36,910 bases of DNA from Betaproteobacteria bacterium (GCA_023266245.1 JAHFRO010000020.1:1-36910); one strand, 5' to 3'. Counted from the first letter of the stretch, positions 19,406 through 26,570 are shown. A program made the numbers and translations. The notes: generated by a model from the letters alone, not told the origin.

Positions 19406-19747
19406 CGTAGTCCTCACCCTAGTGACGCAGCCTGCGCACCCTGCTTTAATAGACAGCAAAAACCGCGCCAGACTCCCGGCCGGCAACCACCTTCTGTAAT
19501 CATGCCACAAACCGGACTAGACACAAAATGCAGGCGCACCATCGTGGTCGGCCCCTATATATAGAGGCCGTATGTATGTGCCTCAGTCAAAGCTCGTGTT
19601 CGCCGCCACCCAATATGGCCAGTGATCATGGATGTTGACGTACTGTGACGGCGTATCCACCGTAACCACGTAGACCCGGCGTTCATCGCCGCTCATGCGC
19701 TGGCGCAGTGGGACGCGCCGGCCGCGGAGCGTCCCTCAGATAACCGA

Positions 19748-19834
19748 TGGTGCCCGGGGCCGGATTCGAACCGGCACGGCCTTGCGGCCAGGGGATTTTA
19801 AGTCCCCAGCGTCTACCAGTTACGCCACCCGGGC
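19748..19834 (-). tRNA. leuZ: tRNA-Leu (anticodon UAA)
   Basis: Minus-strand 'GCCCGGG..GGGGA CTTAAAA TCCCC..long variable arm GGCCGCAAGGCC..GGTTCGAATCC..CCCGGGC A CCA'. 7-bp acceptor stem, anticodon loop CU-UAA-AA, encoded CCA. Confidence 0.9.
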
Positions 19835-19850
19835 AGCAGCTGTACTGACC

Positions 19851-19930
19851 GCGCGAGTTGAACGACGCTTGCCTTGCGTTCCAACTCGCGCAGCTAAAGC
19901 CGGGCGCGTTACACGGTAACGCCTCCGGCT
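19851..19930 (-). other. Two strong stem-loops in the tRNA-Cys/tRNA-Leu spacer
   Basis: First: gcgcgagttg (19851-19860) / caactcgcgc (19882-19891), a 10-bp perfect inverted repeat, extendable with one bulge. Second: agccgg..gcgttac acg gtaacgc..ccggct (19898-19930). Confidence 0.6.
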
Positions 19931-19941
19931 TCAGCCGAACT

Positions 19942-20015
19942 TGGAGGCGGGGGTCGGAATCGAACCGGCGTCCACGGCTTTGCAGGCCGCTGCATGACCA
20001 CTCTGCCACCCCGCC
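19942..20015 (-). tRNA. cysT: tRNA-Cys (anticodon GCA)
   Basis: Minus-strand 'GGCGGGG..GCGGC CTGCAAA GCCGT..GGTTCGATTCC..CCCCGCC T CCA'. 7-bp acceptor stem, encoded CCA. One A-C mismatch in the T stem by my hand fold. Confidence 0.85.
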
Positions 20016-20045
20016 GCTCAAATTAAAAAGGGAAAACGAAGTTTC

Positions 20046-20246
20046 GGCGGAGGCATGACCTTCAGGTGATGCCTCCGCCAAAACCGCTTTTGAGGCGGAG
20101 GCTAACCTTCAGGTTAAGCCGGAGCCAAAACCGCCTTCCTTTTGGCCGAGGCTAACCCTCAGGTTAAGCCGGAGCCAAAACCGCCTTCGTTTTGGCCGGG
20201 GCTAAGCTTCAGGTTAAGCCGCAGCCAAAGCGGCCTTCGTTTTCCC
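20046..20246. repeat. Four tandem ~50-bp hairpin-forming repeat units in the tRNA-Gly/tRNA-Cys spacer
   Basis: Units A 20046-20094, B 20095-20144, C 20145-20194, D 20195-20246. B and C differ at 3 of 50 positions. Shared core is 'ggctaaccttcaggttaagcc'. Unit A has a perfect 11-bp stem (20046-20056 / 20069-20079). Confidence 0.85.
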
Positions 20247-20254
20247 TGGAATAC

Positions 20255-20330
20255 TGGAGCGGGAAACGAGTCTCGAACTCGCGACCTCAACCTTGGCAAG
20301 GTTGCGCTCTACCAACTGAGCTATTCCCGC
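20255..20330 (-). tRNA. glyW: tRNA-Gly (anticodon GCC)
   Basis: Minus-strand 'GCGGGAATAGCTCAGTTGGTAGAGCGCAACCTTGCCAAGGTTGAGGTCGCGAGTTCGAGACTCGTTTCCCGCTCCA'. Nearly identical in layout to E. coli tRNA-Gly(GCC). Confidence 0.93.
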
Positions 20331-20345
20331 GTTTCGTCAGGGAAA

Positions 20346-20374
20346 ATTATAGGCTACGGGCCCCTCCCGGGCAA
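20346..20374 (-). promoter_or_regulatory. Candidate sigma70 promoter of the tRNA-Gly/Cys/Leu operon (TTGCCC-N17-TATAAT)
   Basis: Minus strand: TTGCCC (20374-20369), a 17-nt spacer, then a perfect TATAAT (20351-20346). The -10 ends 15 nt before the tRNA-Gly 5' end, immediately after the pgsA stop. Confidence 0.5.
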
Positions 20375-20962
20375 CTATGTCCGCTTCCACGCCTGCGGCA
20401 GCGCCACCTTCAGGTAGTACGCCATCGACACCAGTGTGAGCAGCGCGGCGATATAGATCAGCCAGGTCCCTACCTGCTGCGGGCTGAATGCGCCGATGCG
20501 GTCATGATAGAGCAGCAGCGGGATCGCCAGCATCTGGGAGGCGGTCTTGATCTTGCCGAAGAACGACACCGCCACGCTCTTTGCCTCGCCGATCTGCGCC
20601 ATCCACTCGCGCAGTGCCGAAACAGCGATCTCGCGCCCGATGATGATGAGCGCGATGATCGCATCCACCCGCTCGAGCTGGACCAGAGTGATGAGCGCCG
20701 CCGCCACCATCAGCTTGTCGGCGACCGGGTCGAGGAACGCGCCGAAGGCGGAGGTCTGGTTGAGTTTGCGGGCGAGCCACCCGTCGAGCCAGTCGGTGAT
20801 CGCCGCGGCAGTGAAAATAATGGTCGCCACCAGGTTTTGGTTCGGCGCCGACACCCAGCTCTTCTCGAAGTAGAAGATGCCGACGAACAGGGGGATCAGG
20901 ATGATCCTCAGCCAGGTGAGCAGGTTGGGCAGGTTAAAAGGCACAGCGTTGCTGTCTCTCAA
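20375..20962 (-). CDS. pgsA: CDP-diacylglycerol--glycerol-3-phosphate 3-phosphatidyltransferase
   Basis: 195-aa ORF. CDP-alcohol phosphatidyltransferase motif 'DGWLARKLNQTSAFGAFLDPVADK'. ATGA overlap with the uvrC stop. uvrC-pgsA-glyW-cysT-leuZ order as in E. coli. Confidence 0.92.
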   Translation of the reverse strand: MRDSNAVPFNLPNLLTWLRIILIPLFVGIFYFEKSWVSAPNQNLVATIIFTAAAITDWLDGWLARKLNQTSAFGAFLDPVADKLMVAAALITLVQLERVDAIIALIIIGREIAVSALREWMAQIGEAKSVAVSFFGKIKTASQMLAIPLLLYHDRIGAFSPQQVGTWLIYIAALLTLVSMAYYLKVALPQAWKRT

Positions 20963-22761
20963 TGAAGCTCATGGTATATCTTTTCAGCCAGCGTACGGCT
21001 GATTCCTTCCACCTGCGCGAGTTCCTCGATGCTGGCGGCGAGCAGCCCGCGCAGCCCCCCGAAGCGGGCCAGCAGCCGCTGGCGGCGCTTCGCGCCCACG
21101 CCCGCGATTTGCTCCAGCGTCGAGCTGCTGCGCGCTTTGCCGCGCCGCGCGCGATGACCCTCGATCGCAAACCGATGCGCCTCGTCTCGGATCTGCTGAA
21201 TCAGATGCAACGCTGGATGGTCCTTCGGCAATCGCAGCGGTTCGTCGTACCCCGGCGCCAGCAGCTGTTCCAGACCGGGCTTGCGCTCCTCGCCTTTGAC
21301 CACCGCCACCAGCGCCACGTCGGAGAGCCCGAGCTCCTCGAACACCCCGCGCGCTACCGCGAGCTGGCCCTTCCCCCCGTCGATCAGCACCAGATCCGGC
21401 ACCTTGCCTTCCCCCGCGACAATCTTGCGATAGCGCCGCGACAGCACCTCACGCATCGCGCCGTAATCGTCGCCCGCTTCGACCCCCGTGATGTTGTAGT
21501 GGCGGTACTCCCCTTTCTGCAGCGCCGACCGGTCGTAGACCACGCAGGCGGCGACGGTGGCCTCGCCCATGGTGTGGCTCACGTCGAAGCACTCGATGCG
21601 CTGTGCCGCCTCGGGCATCTCCAGCACCTGCTGCAGCGCCATAAGCCGCGCTTCCTGCGTCGCCTGTAATCCCAGCGTCTGTTCCGCGCCGAGCCGCGCA
21701 TTGTGTTCCGCCATTTCGAGCCACGCCTTGCGTGCGCCGCTCGGGTGTATGCTGATCTGCACCTTGCGTCCCGCGCGCTCCGACAGCAACTGCTCGAGCG
21801 GCGGTGCGGTGATTTTTGCGCCGGCCACGATGTGCGGTGGAATGCCGTGCTGCAGGTAGTGCTGGAGCACGAACGCCTCAATCACCTGTTCCGGACCGCA
21901 GTCGTCGGCATTGTGCGGAAAGAAGTTCTTGTCTCCAAGATGATGGCCGCCGCGTATCATCACCAGATTGACGCACACGATCCCGGACATTCGCCCGCAG
22001 GCAATGATGTCGGTGTCCTCGCCCTTGCCGCTCACGAACTGTCTTTCCCGCACCTTGCGCAGCGCCGCGATCTGGTCGCGGAAGACCGCGGCCTCCTCAT
22101 ACTGCATGCGTTCCGAGGCGATCGTCATGCGTCGGATGAGGCGCTCGATCACTTCGTCTTCCTTGCCCGATAAAAACAACCCCGCGCTCTTCACGTCGTC
22201 CGCGTAATCGGCCTCGCTCACCAGGCCCACACACGGTGCGGTGCAGCGCCTGATCTGATGGAGCAGGCAGGGACGCGAGCGGTTCGCGAACACGGTGTCC
22301 TCGCAGGTGCGGATGCGGAATACCTTCTGCAGCAACTGGATGCTTTCGCGGACCGCCCCGGCGTTCGGGAACGGGCCGAAGTAACGATGGCGCTTGTCGA
22401 GGCTGCCGCGGTGAAACCCCAGGCGCGGGTAACGATGCCCGCTCACGACCATATATGGATATGATTTATCATCTCGAAACAGTATGTTATACCGAGGAGT
22501 TAAAGTTTTAATTAAGTTGCTTTCGAGCAGTAACGCCTCTGCCTCCGAGCGCGTAACGGTAGTCTCGACCGTCGCCACCTGGGTGAGCATCACTTGGATA
22601 CGGGGGGCTACCCCGCCCTGCTTCTGGAAGTAGGAGGCAACCCGCTTTTTCAGGTCGAGCGCCTTGCCGACGTAGAGCACCTCGCCCTGGCTGTTCAGCA
22701 TGCGGTAGACGCCGGGGAGATGCGGCAGCCCGGAGATCACGGCGACTACATTACGGAACAT
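20959..22761 (-). CDS. uvrC: Excinuclease ABC subunit C
   Basis: 600-aa ORF. GIY-YIG 'PGVYRM..GEVLYVGKA..LKKRV', 'PRYNILFRDDKSYPY', a UvrBC-interaction region, and a C-terminal (HhH)2 'LEQIAGVGAKRRQRLLARFGG'. Confidence 0.95.
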   Translation of the reverse strand: MFRNVVAVISGLPHLPGVYRMLNSQGEVLYVGKALDLKKRVASYFQKQGGVAPRIQVMLTQVATVETTVTRSEAEALLLESNLIKTLTPRYNILFRDDKSYPYMVVSGHRYPRLGFHRGSLDKRHRYFGPFPNAGAVRESIQLLQKVFRIRTCEDTVFANRSRPCLLHQIRRCTAPCVGLVSEADYADDVKSAGLFLSGKEDEVIERLIRRMTIASERMQYEEAAVFRDQIAALRKVRERQFVSGKGEDTDIIACGRMSGIVCVNLVMIRGGHHLGDKNFFPHNADDCGPEQVIEAFVLQHYLQHGIPPHIVAGAKITAPPLEQLLSERAGRKVQISIHPSGARKAWLEMAEHNARLGAEQTLGLQATQEARLMALQQVLEMPEAAQRIECFDVSHTMGEATVAACVVYDRSALQKGEYRHYNITGVEAGDDYGAMREVLSRRYRKIVAGEGKVPDLVLIDGGKGQLAVARGVFEELGLSDVALVAVVKGEERKPGLEQLLAPGYDEPLRLPKDHPALHLIQQIRDEAHRFAIEGHRARRGKARSSSTLEQIAGVGAKRRQRLLARFGGLRGLLAASIEELAQVEGISRTLAEKIYHELH

Positions 22762-22860
22762 TTCCGGTGTGAGGCGCTTGGTCTGCGTATTATAGCGGCT
22801 GCAGTGATAGCTATCGTAGGTGTAGAATTACGCGCTTTTCGAAACGAACAGAGTCGTCAG

Positions 22861-23427
22861 ATGGCGAAAGTCCTGGCAACCGAAATCCGTGCCGGCAACC
22901 TGATCGAGTGGGACAAACGCGTCTGGCGCGTACTCAAAGCTTATCACGTTCACGTCGGCGGTCGCGGCGGCGCCTTCATGCAAGTCGAGATGAAGGACAT
23001 CGAATCCGGGACCAAGAAGAATGAGCGAATACGCACCGAGGACAAGATCGAGCGCGCGTTTGTCGATCAGAGGGAGATGCAATACCTCTATAACGACGGG
23101 GACAGCTATGTGTTCATGGACAAGGAATCCTTCGAGCAGCTCAATCTGCCCGCTGATTTCCTCGAAGGCCAGACCGGCTACCTGCTCCCCAACACCGACG
23201 TGCAGGTCAACTTCCACAACGACCGCCCGATTGGCGTGCAACTGCCGCCGAGCGTGACGCTCACCGTGATGGAGACCGAACCCAACCTCAAGAGCGCTAC
23301 CGCCACCGGCTCGTTCAAGCCCGCCAAGACCGAGACCGGGCTCACCGTCATGGTTCCGCAATTCGTGATGGACGGTGCGAGAATCAAGGTCAACACCGAT
23401 ACCGGCGAATATATCGAGCGGGGCTAG
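22861..23427 (+). CDS. efp: Elongation factor P
   Basis: ORF 22594..23427 trimmed to the ATG at 22861 (188 aa). 'IRAGN', loop 'VGGRGGAFMQVEMKD', 'YLYNDGDSYVFMD', 'TEPNLKSATATGSFKPAKTETGL.V.VP.F'. Confidence 0.93.
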   Translation: MAKVLATEIRAGNLIEWDKRVWRVLKAYHVHVGGRGGAFMQVEMKDIESGTKKNERIRTEDKIERAFVDQREMQYLYNDGDSYVFMDKESFEQLNLPADFLEGQTGYLLPNTDVQVNFHNDRPIGVQLPPSVTLTVMETEPNLKSATATGSFKPAKTETGLTVMVPQFVMDGARIKVNTDTGEYIERG

Positions 23428-23444
23428 TACGACGCTTACGGTAT

Positions 23445-23577
23445 CATGCCGTAACGGTCGTGCAGCAGCACGCGAGCCGCCGATCAGCTCGACTACCGCG
23501 TAGGCGGCGGTAACCGACAGCGCCAGCACGAATGCCGGGCGGCTGCGGTCGCTGGGATGGCTGTGGCGGGAAGTCAT
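23445..23577 (-). pseudogene. Possible 5' remnant of a cation diffusion facilitator (CzcD/ZitB-like) gene
   Basis: The ATG at 23577 overlaps the nagZ TGA (ATGA). It encodes 'MTSRHSHPSDRSRPAFVLALSVTAAYAVVELIGG', resembling the His-rich N-terminus plus TM1 ('..VEVVGG') of CDF transporters. After GG the expected 'SLALLADAGHM' is only faintly visible in another frame ('RVLLHDRYGMIP*'). The rest of that reading frame is antisense to efp. Confidence 0.35.
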
Positions 23578-24641
23578 GAGCCGAGCGGCAACTCGCCGTC
23601 CCGCACGCCGATGCCGGCAATGGCGTGCAGCGCCTGGGCATAGCGTGCGTCCTCGCGCAGCTTCACCATGTTCTCGGCGTTCTGCCTGCCGTGCATGCGC
23701 GCGAGCCGCGCCAGGCTCACCGCCGATATCGGGTAGCTGAAACCGCCGAGCAGCTCGTCCACCGTCCGCGGGTTGTTGCATACCAGCACCATGTCGCAGC
23801 CCGCGGCAAGCGCTGCCTCAGCGCGCTCGATCACTCCGCCCACGACACTCGCGCCTTCCATGCTCAAGTCGTCGCTGAACACCACCCCGTCAAAACCGAG
23901 CTCGCCGCGCAGCACTTGCTTGAGCCACACCGGTGAGAAGCCCGCAGGGCGGCTGTCCACCCTGGGGTAAATCACGTGCGCCGGCATGATGCCGCCGAGT
24001 CCCGCGTCGATCGTGCGCCGGAACGGCACCAGGTCGTTCGTTTCGATCTCGGGGTACGGTCGATCGTCGACCGGCACTTCGTGATGTGAGTCCGCGCGCA
24101 CATGACCGTGTCCGGGAAAATGCTTGCCCACTGCGCTCATTCCGGCCTGCTTGAATCCCTGCACCAGTGTGTGCGCGAGTTCCGCAATCGCCCGCGGATC
24201 GGAATGCAGCGCGCGGTCACCGATCACGCCACTCGCGCCGTAATCCACGTCCAGCACCGGCGCGAGACTGAGGTCTATCCCGTGCGCCCGCAACTCGGCC
24301 GCCAAAATGAAACCGACCTCGTGCGCGAGCTGCCGCGCATGTTGTGGATTGACGTCCCAAGCGCGGCCCAATTCGCGCATGGGAGGAATGGCGGTAAACC
24401 CCTCCCGGAAACGCTGTACCCTGCCCCCTTCGTGATCGACTGCGATAATCAGAGCCGGATTGCGCAGCGCATGAATGTCGGCGGTGAGGCGGACCAGCTG
24501 CTCGGGCGAGGAGTAGTTGCGGGAAAACAGGATCACGCCTCCTGCGAGGGGATGCGTGAGCCGCCTGCGATCGTCGTCCGTCAGCTCGGTGCCGGCGACG
24601 TCGAGCATCACCGGTCCCAGAGACATCGTCTTCGCAGTCAT
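23574..24641 (-). CDS. nagZ: Beta-N-acetylhexosaminidase (peptidoglycan recycling)
   Basis: ORF 23574..24914 trimmed to the ATG at 24641 (ATGA overlap with the acpS stop), giving 355 aa. 'GGVILFSRNY', 'IAVDHEGGRVQRF', 'GKHFPGHG', 'VVFSDDLSM'. Confidence 0.9.
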   Translation of the reverse strand: MTAKTMSLGPVMLDVAGTELTDDDRRRLTHPLAGGVILFSRNYSSPEQLVRLTADIHALRNPALIIAVDHEGGRVQRFREGFTAIPPMRELGRAWDVNPQHARQLAHEVGFILAAELRAHGIDLSLAPVLDVDYGASGVIGDRALHSDPRAIAELAHTLVQGFKQAGMSAVGKHFPGHGHVRADSHHEVPVDDRPYPEIETNDLVPFRRTIDAGLGGIMPAHVIYPRVDSRPAGFSPVWLKQVLRGELGFDGVVFSDDLSMEGASVVGGVIERAEAALAAGCDMVLVCNNPRTVDELLGGFSYPISAVSLARLARMHGRQNAENMVKLREDARYAQALHAIAGIGVRDGELPLGS

Positions 24642-25018
24642 GTGACCTCGAGCACCACGCAAGCGCAGGCAAGGTTCGCCTCGTCGCTGATCGTCAGGTG
24701 ATGGTTGACGATGCCGCGGCTTCTGACCAGCTGCTCGAGATTGGGATGGAAAGCGAGGCTGGGTTTGCCTGCCGCATTCTGCACCACGCTGATGCACTGC
24801 AGGGTCACCGGATAACGGAAGCCCGTGCCCATCGCCTTGGAAAAGGCTTCCTTGGCGGCGTAGCGGTTGGCGAGAAACAGCACCGGCTGGATCGTCTTCT
24901 GGTAGGCGGGCCACTCCGTCGGTGTCAGTACGCGTCGCGCGAAGCGCTCGCCGTACTTCTCGATGAGCCGTGCAATGCGCCGCGGCTCTACCACGTCAAT
25001 GCCGATGCCGTAAATCAT
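24638..25018 (-). CDS. acpS: Holo-ACP synthase (4'-phosphopantetheinyl transferase)
   Basis: 126-aa ORF. '[13 protein letters not shown]', 'AAKEAFSKA'. ATGA overlap with the pdxJ stop. Confidence 0.9.
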   Translation of the reverse strand: MIYGIGIDVVEPRRIARLIEKYGERFARRVLTPTEWPAYQKTIQPVLFLANRYAAKEAFSKAMGTGFRYPVTLQCISVVQNAAGKPSLAFHPNLEQLVRSRGIVNHHLTISDEANLACACVVLEVT

Positions 25019-25737
25019 CGCGCGGAAGTAATCAGCGCTTTCATCTCGCGTACCGCCTGCTCGATGCCGACAAAGACCGCGTGCGCCACAATGGCATGCC
25101 CGATATTGAGCTCCTGGATCTGCGCCACGGCGGCGACCGGCTGGACATTGTGGTAATTGAGCCCGTGTCCGGCATTGATGTAGAGGCCCTTGCCGGCGGC
25201 GTAGACGGCCGCCGTCCGGATCTTGTCGAGCTCGCGCGCCCGTGCCTCCGGGTCACGGGCCTCCGCGTAGCGTCCCGTATGCAGTTCGACCACCGGCGCG
25301 TCCGCCTCAAGCGCGGCGTCGATCTGCGCGGTATCGGCATCGATGAACAGCGAAACGCGTATGCCCGCACCGCGCAGGTCGCGGCATGCCTGCCGCACGC
25401 GATCGAAGCTGCGCGCCACGTCGAGGCCCCCTTCAGTGGTGAGTTCCGCGCGCCGCTCCGGAACCAGGCACACGTCATGCGGCTTCACGCGCTGCGCAAA
25501 CGCGATCATTTCCGGTGTCGGAGCCGCTTCCAGGTTCATGCGCGTCTTGAGCTTCCTGCGCAGGGTTTCGACGTCCTCGATCTGGATGTGACGGCGGTCT
25601 TCGCGCAGATGCAGCGTGATGTAGTCGGCGCCCGCAGTCTCGGCTTTCAGCGCCGCCTCCACCGGGCTGGGATATTGCGTGCCGCGTGCCTGGCGCAAGG
25701 TTGCGACATGATCGATGTTGACGCCGAGAAGAATCAT
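25015..25737 (-). CDS. pdxJ: Pyridoxine 5'-phosphate synthase
   Basis: 240-aa ORF. '[16 protein letters not shown]', '[12 protein letters not shown]', 'ELHTGRYA', 'NAGHGLNY'. ATGA overlap with the recO stop. Confidence 0.95.
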   Translation of the reverse strand: MILLGVNIDHVATLRQARGTQYPSPVEAALKAETAGADYITLHLREDRRHIQIEDVETLRRKLKTRMNLEAAPTPEMIAFAQRVKPHDVCLVPERRAELTTEGGLDVARSFDRVRQACRDLRGAGIRVSLFIDADTAQIDAALEADAPVVELHTGRYAEARDPEARARELDKIRTAAVYAAGKGLYINAGHGLNYHNVQPVAAVAQIQELNIGHAIVAHAVFVGIEQAVREMKALITSAR

Positions 25738-26561
25738 AACTCCTGAAGATCACGCATCAGCTGCCGCGTGTGCAGGACCTGGTTGCCGAGGTAATGATTG
25801 ATCAGCGTGCGCATCAGCGCCTTGCTCTGCTGTTGCGTCACGGCGCTCGCAAAGTTTCCGGACTGCATGTCGAGCAGCGTCTGTCCCGATAATTCTACCC
25901 CGTTTCCCGCTGCGCCGTCGGCGACCGCGACCGGACCGCGTTCGACGACATACAGGTAGCGACGGTGGGCCGCGATCGGCTTACCGCTTTCGACGTCGCG
26001 GTCGAGCGTCACTGCGTAACCCAGCTCGCGCAACAGGTTGATCTCGAAATTCCGCAGCACCGTCGTCTGCTCTTGGTCCTTGCCGAGCGCGGCGAGCGTG
26101 TCCTGGTAAATCGTGAACAGCCGTTCGTGCGGGTCGTCGCGCGGCAGCAGCTTCAACAGCAGCTCGTTGAGATAGAAACCGCAGATCAGCGATTGCCCCC
26201 TGAGCGGAGCATACGAGCCGTGCCACTCCGCCCGGGTGAGCGTGCGCAGCTCGGTCCTGCCCGACCACGACAACAGTAACGGCTGGAACGAAAGCAGCAC
26301 GCCGCGCAGCGCCGACTTCGGCCGACGAGCGCCGCGCGCGACCAGCGCCACCCGCCCGTGATCGCGGGTGAACGTCTCCACCACCAGGCTGGTCTCGCGG
26401 AAAGGATAGCTGTGCAGCACGAACGCGGGTTGTGCGTCGTGACGGTTGCCGTTTCGGCTTACCACTGCTGCAAGCTCGGCCAAATGATGAATGATGAGTG
26501 ATGAATGATGAACGACGGGTTCACCATCTCTGTTTTCCGTTCCGCATTCATCATTCTGCAT
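25734..26561 (-). CDS. recO: DNA repair protein RecO
   Basis: 275-aa ORF. The conserved core starts at '[22 protein letters not shown]' (codon 44). The ATG at 26561 directly follows the era double stop (TGA TGA ATG). The first ~43 codons are atypical and repeat-encoded, so the true start is uncertain; an alternative GTG lies near 26465. Confidence 0.85.
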   Translation of the reverse strand: MQNDECGTENRDGEPVVHHSSLIIHHLAELAAVVSRNGNRHDAQPAFVLHSYPFRETSLVVETFTRDHGRVALVARGARRPKSALRGVLLSFQPLLLSWSGRTELRTLTRAEWHGSYAPLRGQSLICGFYLNELLLKLLPRDDPHERLFTIYQDTLAALGKDQEQTTVLRNFEINLLRELGYAVTLDRDVESGKPIAAHRRYLYVVERGPVAVADGAAGNGVELSGQTLLDMQSGNFASAVTQQQSKALMRTLINHYLGNQVLHTRQLMRDLQEL

Positions 26562-26570
26562 TCATCACTC
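26482..26570 (-). promoter_or_regulatory. Duplicated inverted 12-mer structure spanning the era stop / recO start
   Basis: + strand: aaatgatgaatg (26482-26493) and gagtgatgaatg (26496-26507), versus cattcatcattc (26545-26556) and cattcatcactc (26559-26570). 26496-26507 is the exact reverse complement of 26559-26570. The 26-nt arms match 21/26 overall. Confidence 0.6.

Noticed and set aside
19552-19573. GC-clamped TATATATA hairpin (cggcccctatatatagaggccg) between tRNA-Leu and the DUF1178 gene, as terminator of the tRNA operon.
   Set aside because: The stem is short, contains a wobble or mismatch, and is not followed by a U-run on the minus strand. It lies ~175 nt beyond the tRNA-Leu 3' end. 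Too weak to call.
20016-20254. Possible CRISPR array, because of regularly spaced repeats.
   Set aside because: The units are contiguous with no unique spacers between them. They diverge progressively, lie between two tRNA genes, and no cas genes are present.
20142-20965. Plus-strand ORFs 20142..20417 (91 aa) and 20192..20965 (257 aa).
   Set aside because: They run through the tandem repeats (giving repetitive 'QVKPEPKPPSF' peptides), the antisense of tRNA-Gly and the antisense of pgsA. These are artefacts.
22828-23781. 317-aa minus-strand ORF spanning the nagZ 3' end, the spacer and the whole of efp in antisense.
   Set aside because: Only about the 34 codons beginning at the ATG at 23577 resemble a real protein (the CDF N-terminus, reported separately). 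The part upstream of 23577 is an alternate frame of nagZ, and the part beyond ~23470 is the stop-free antisense frame of efp.
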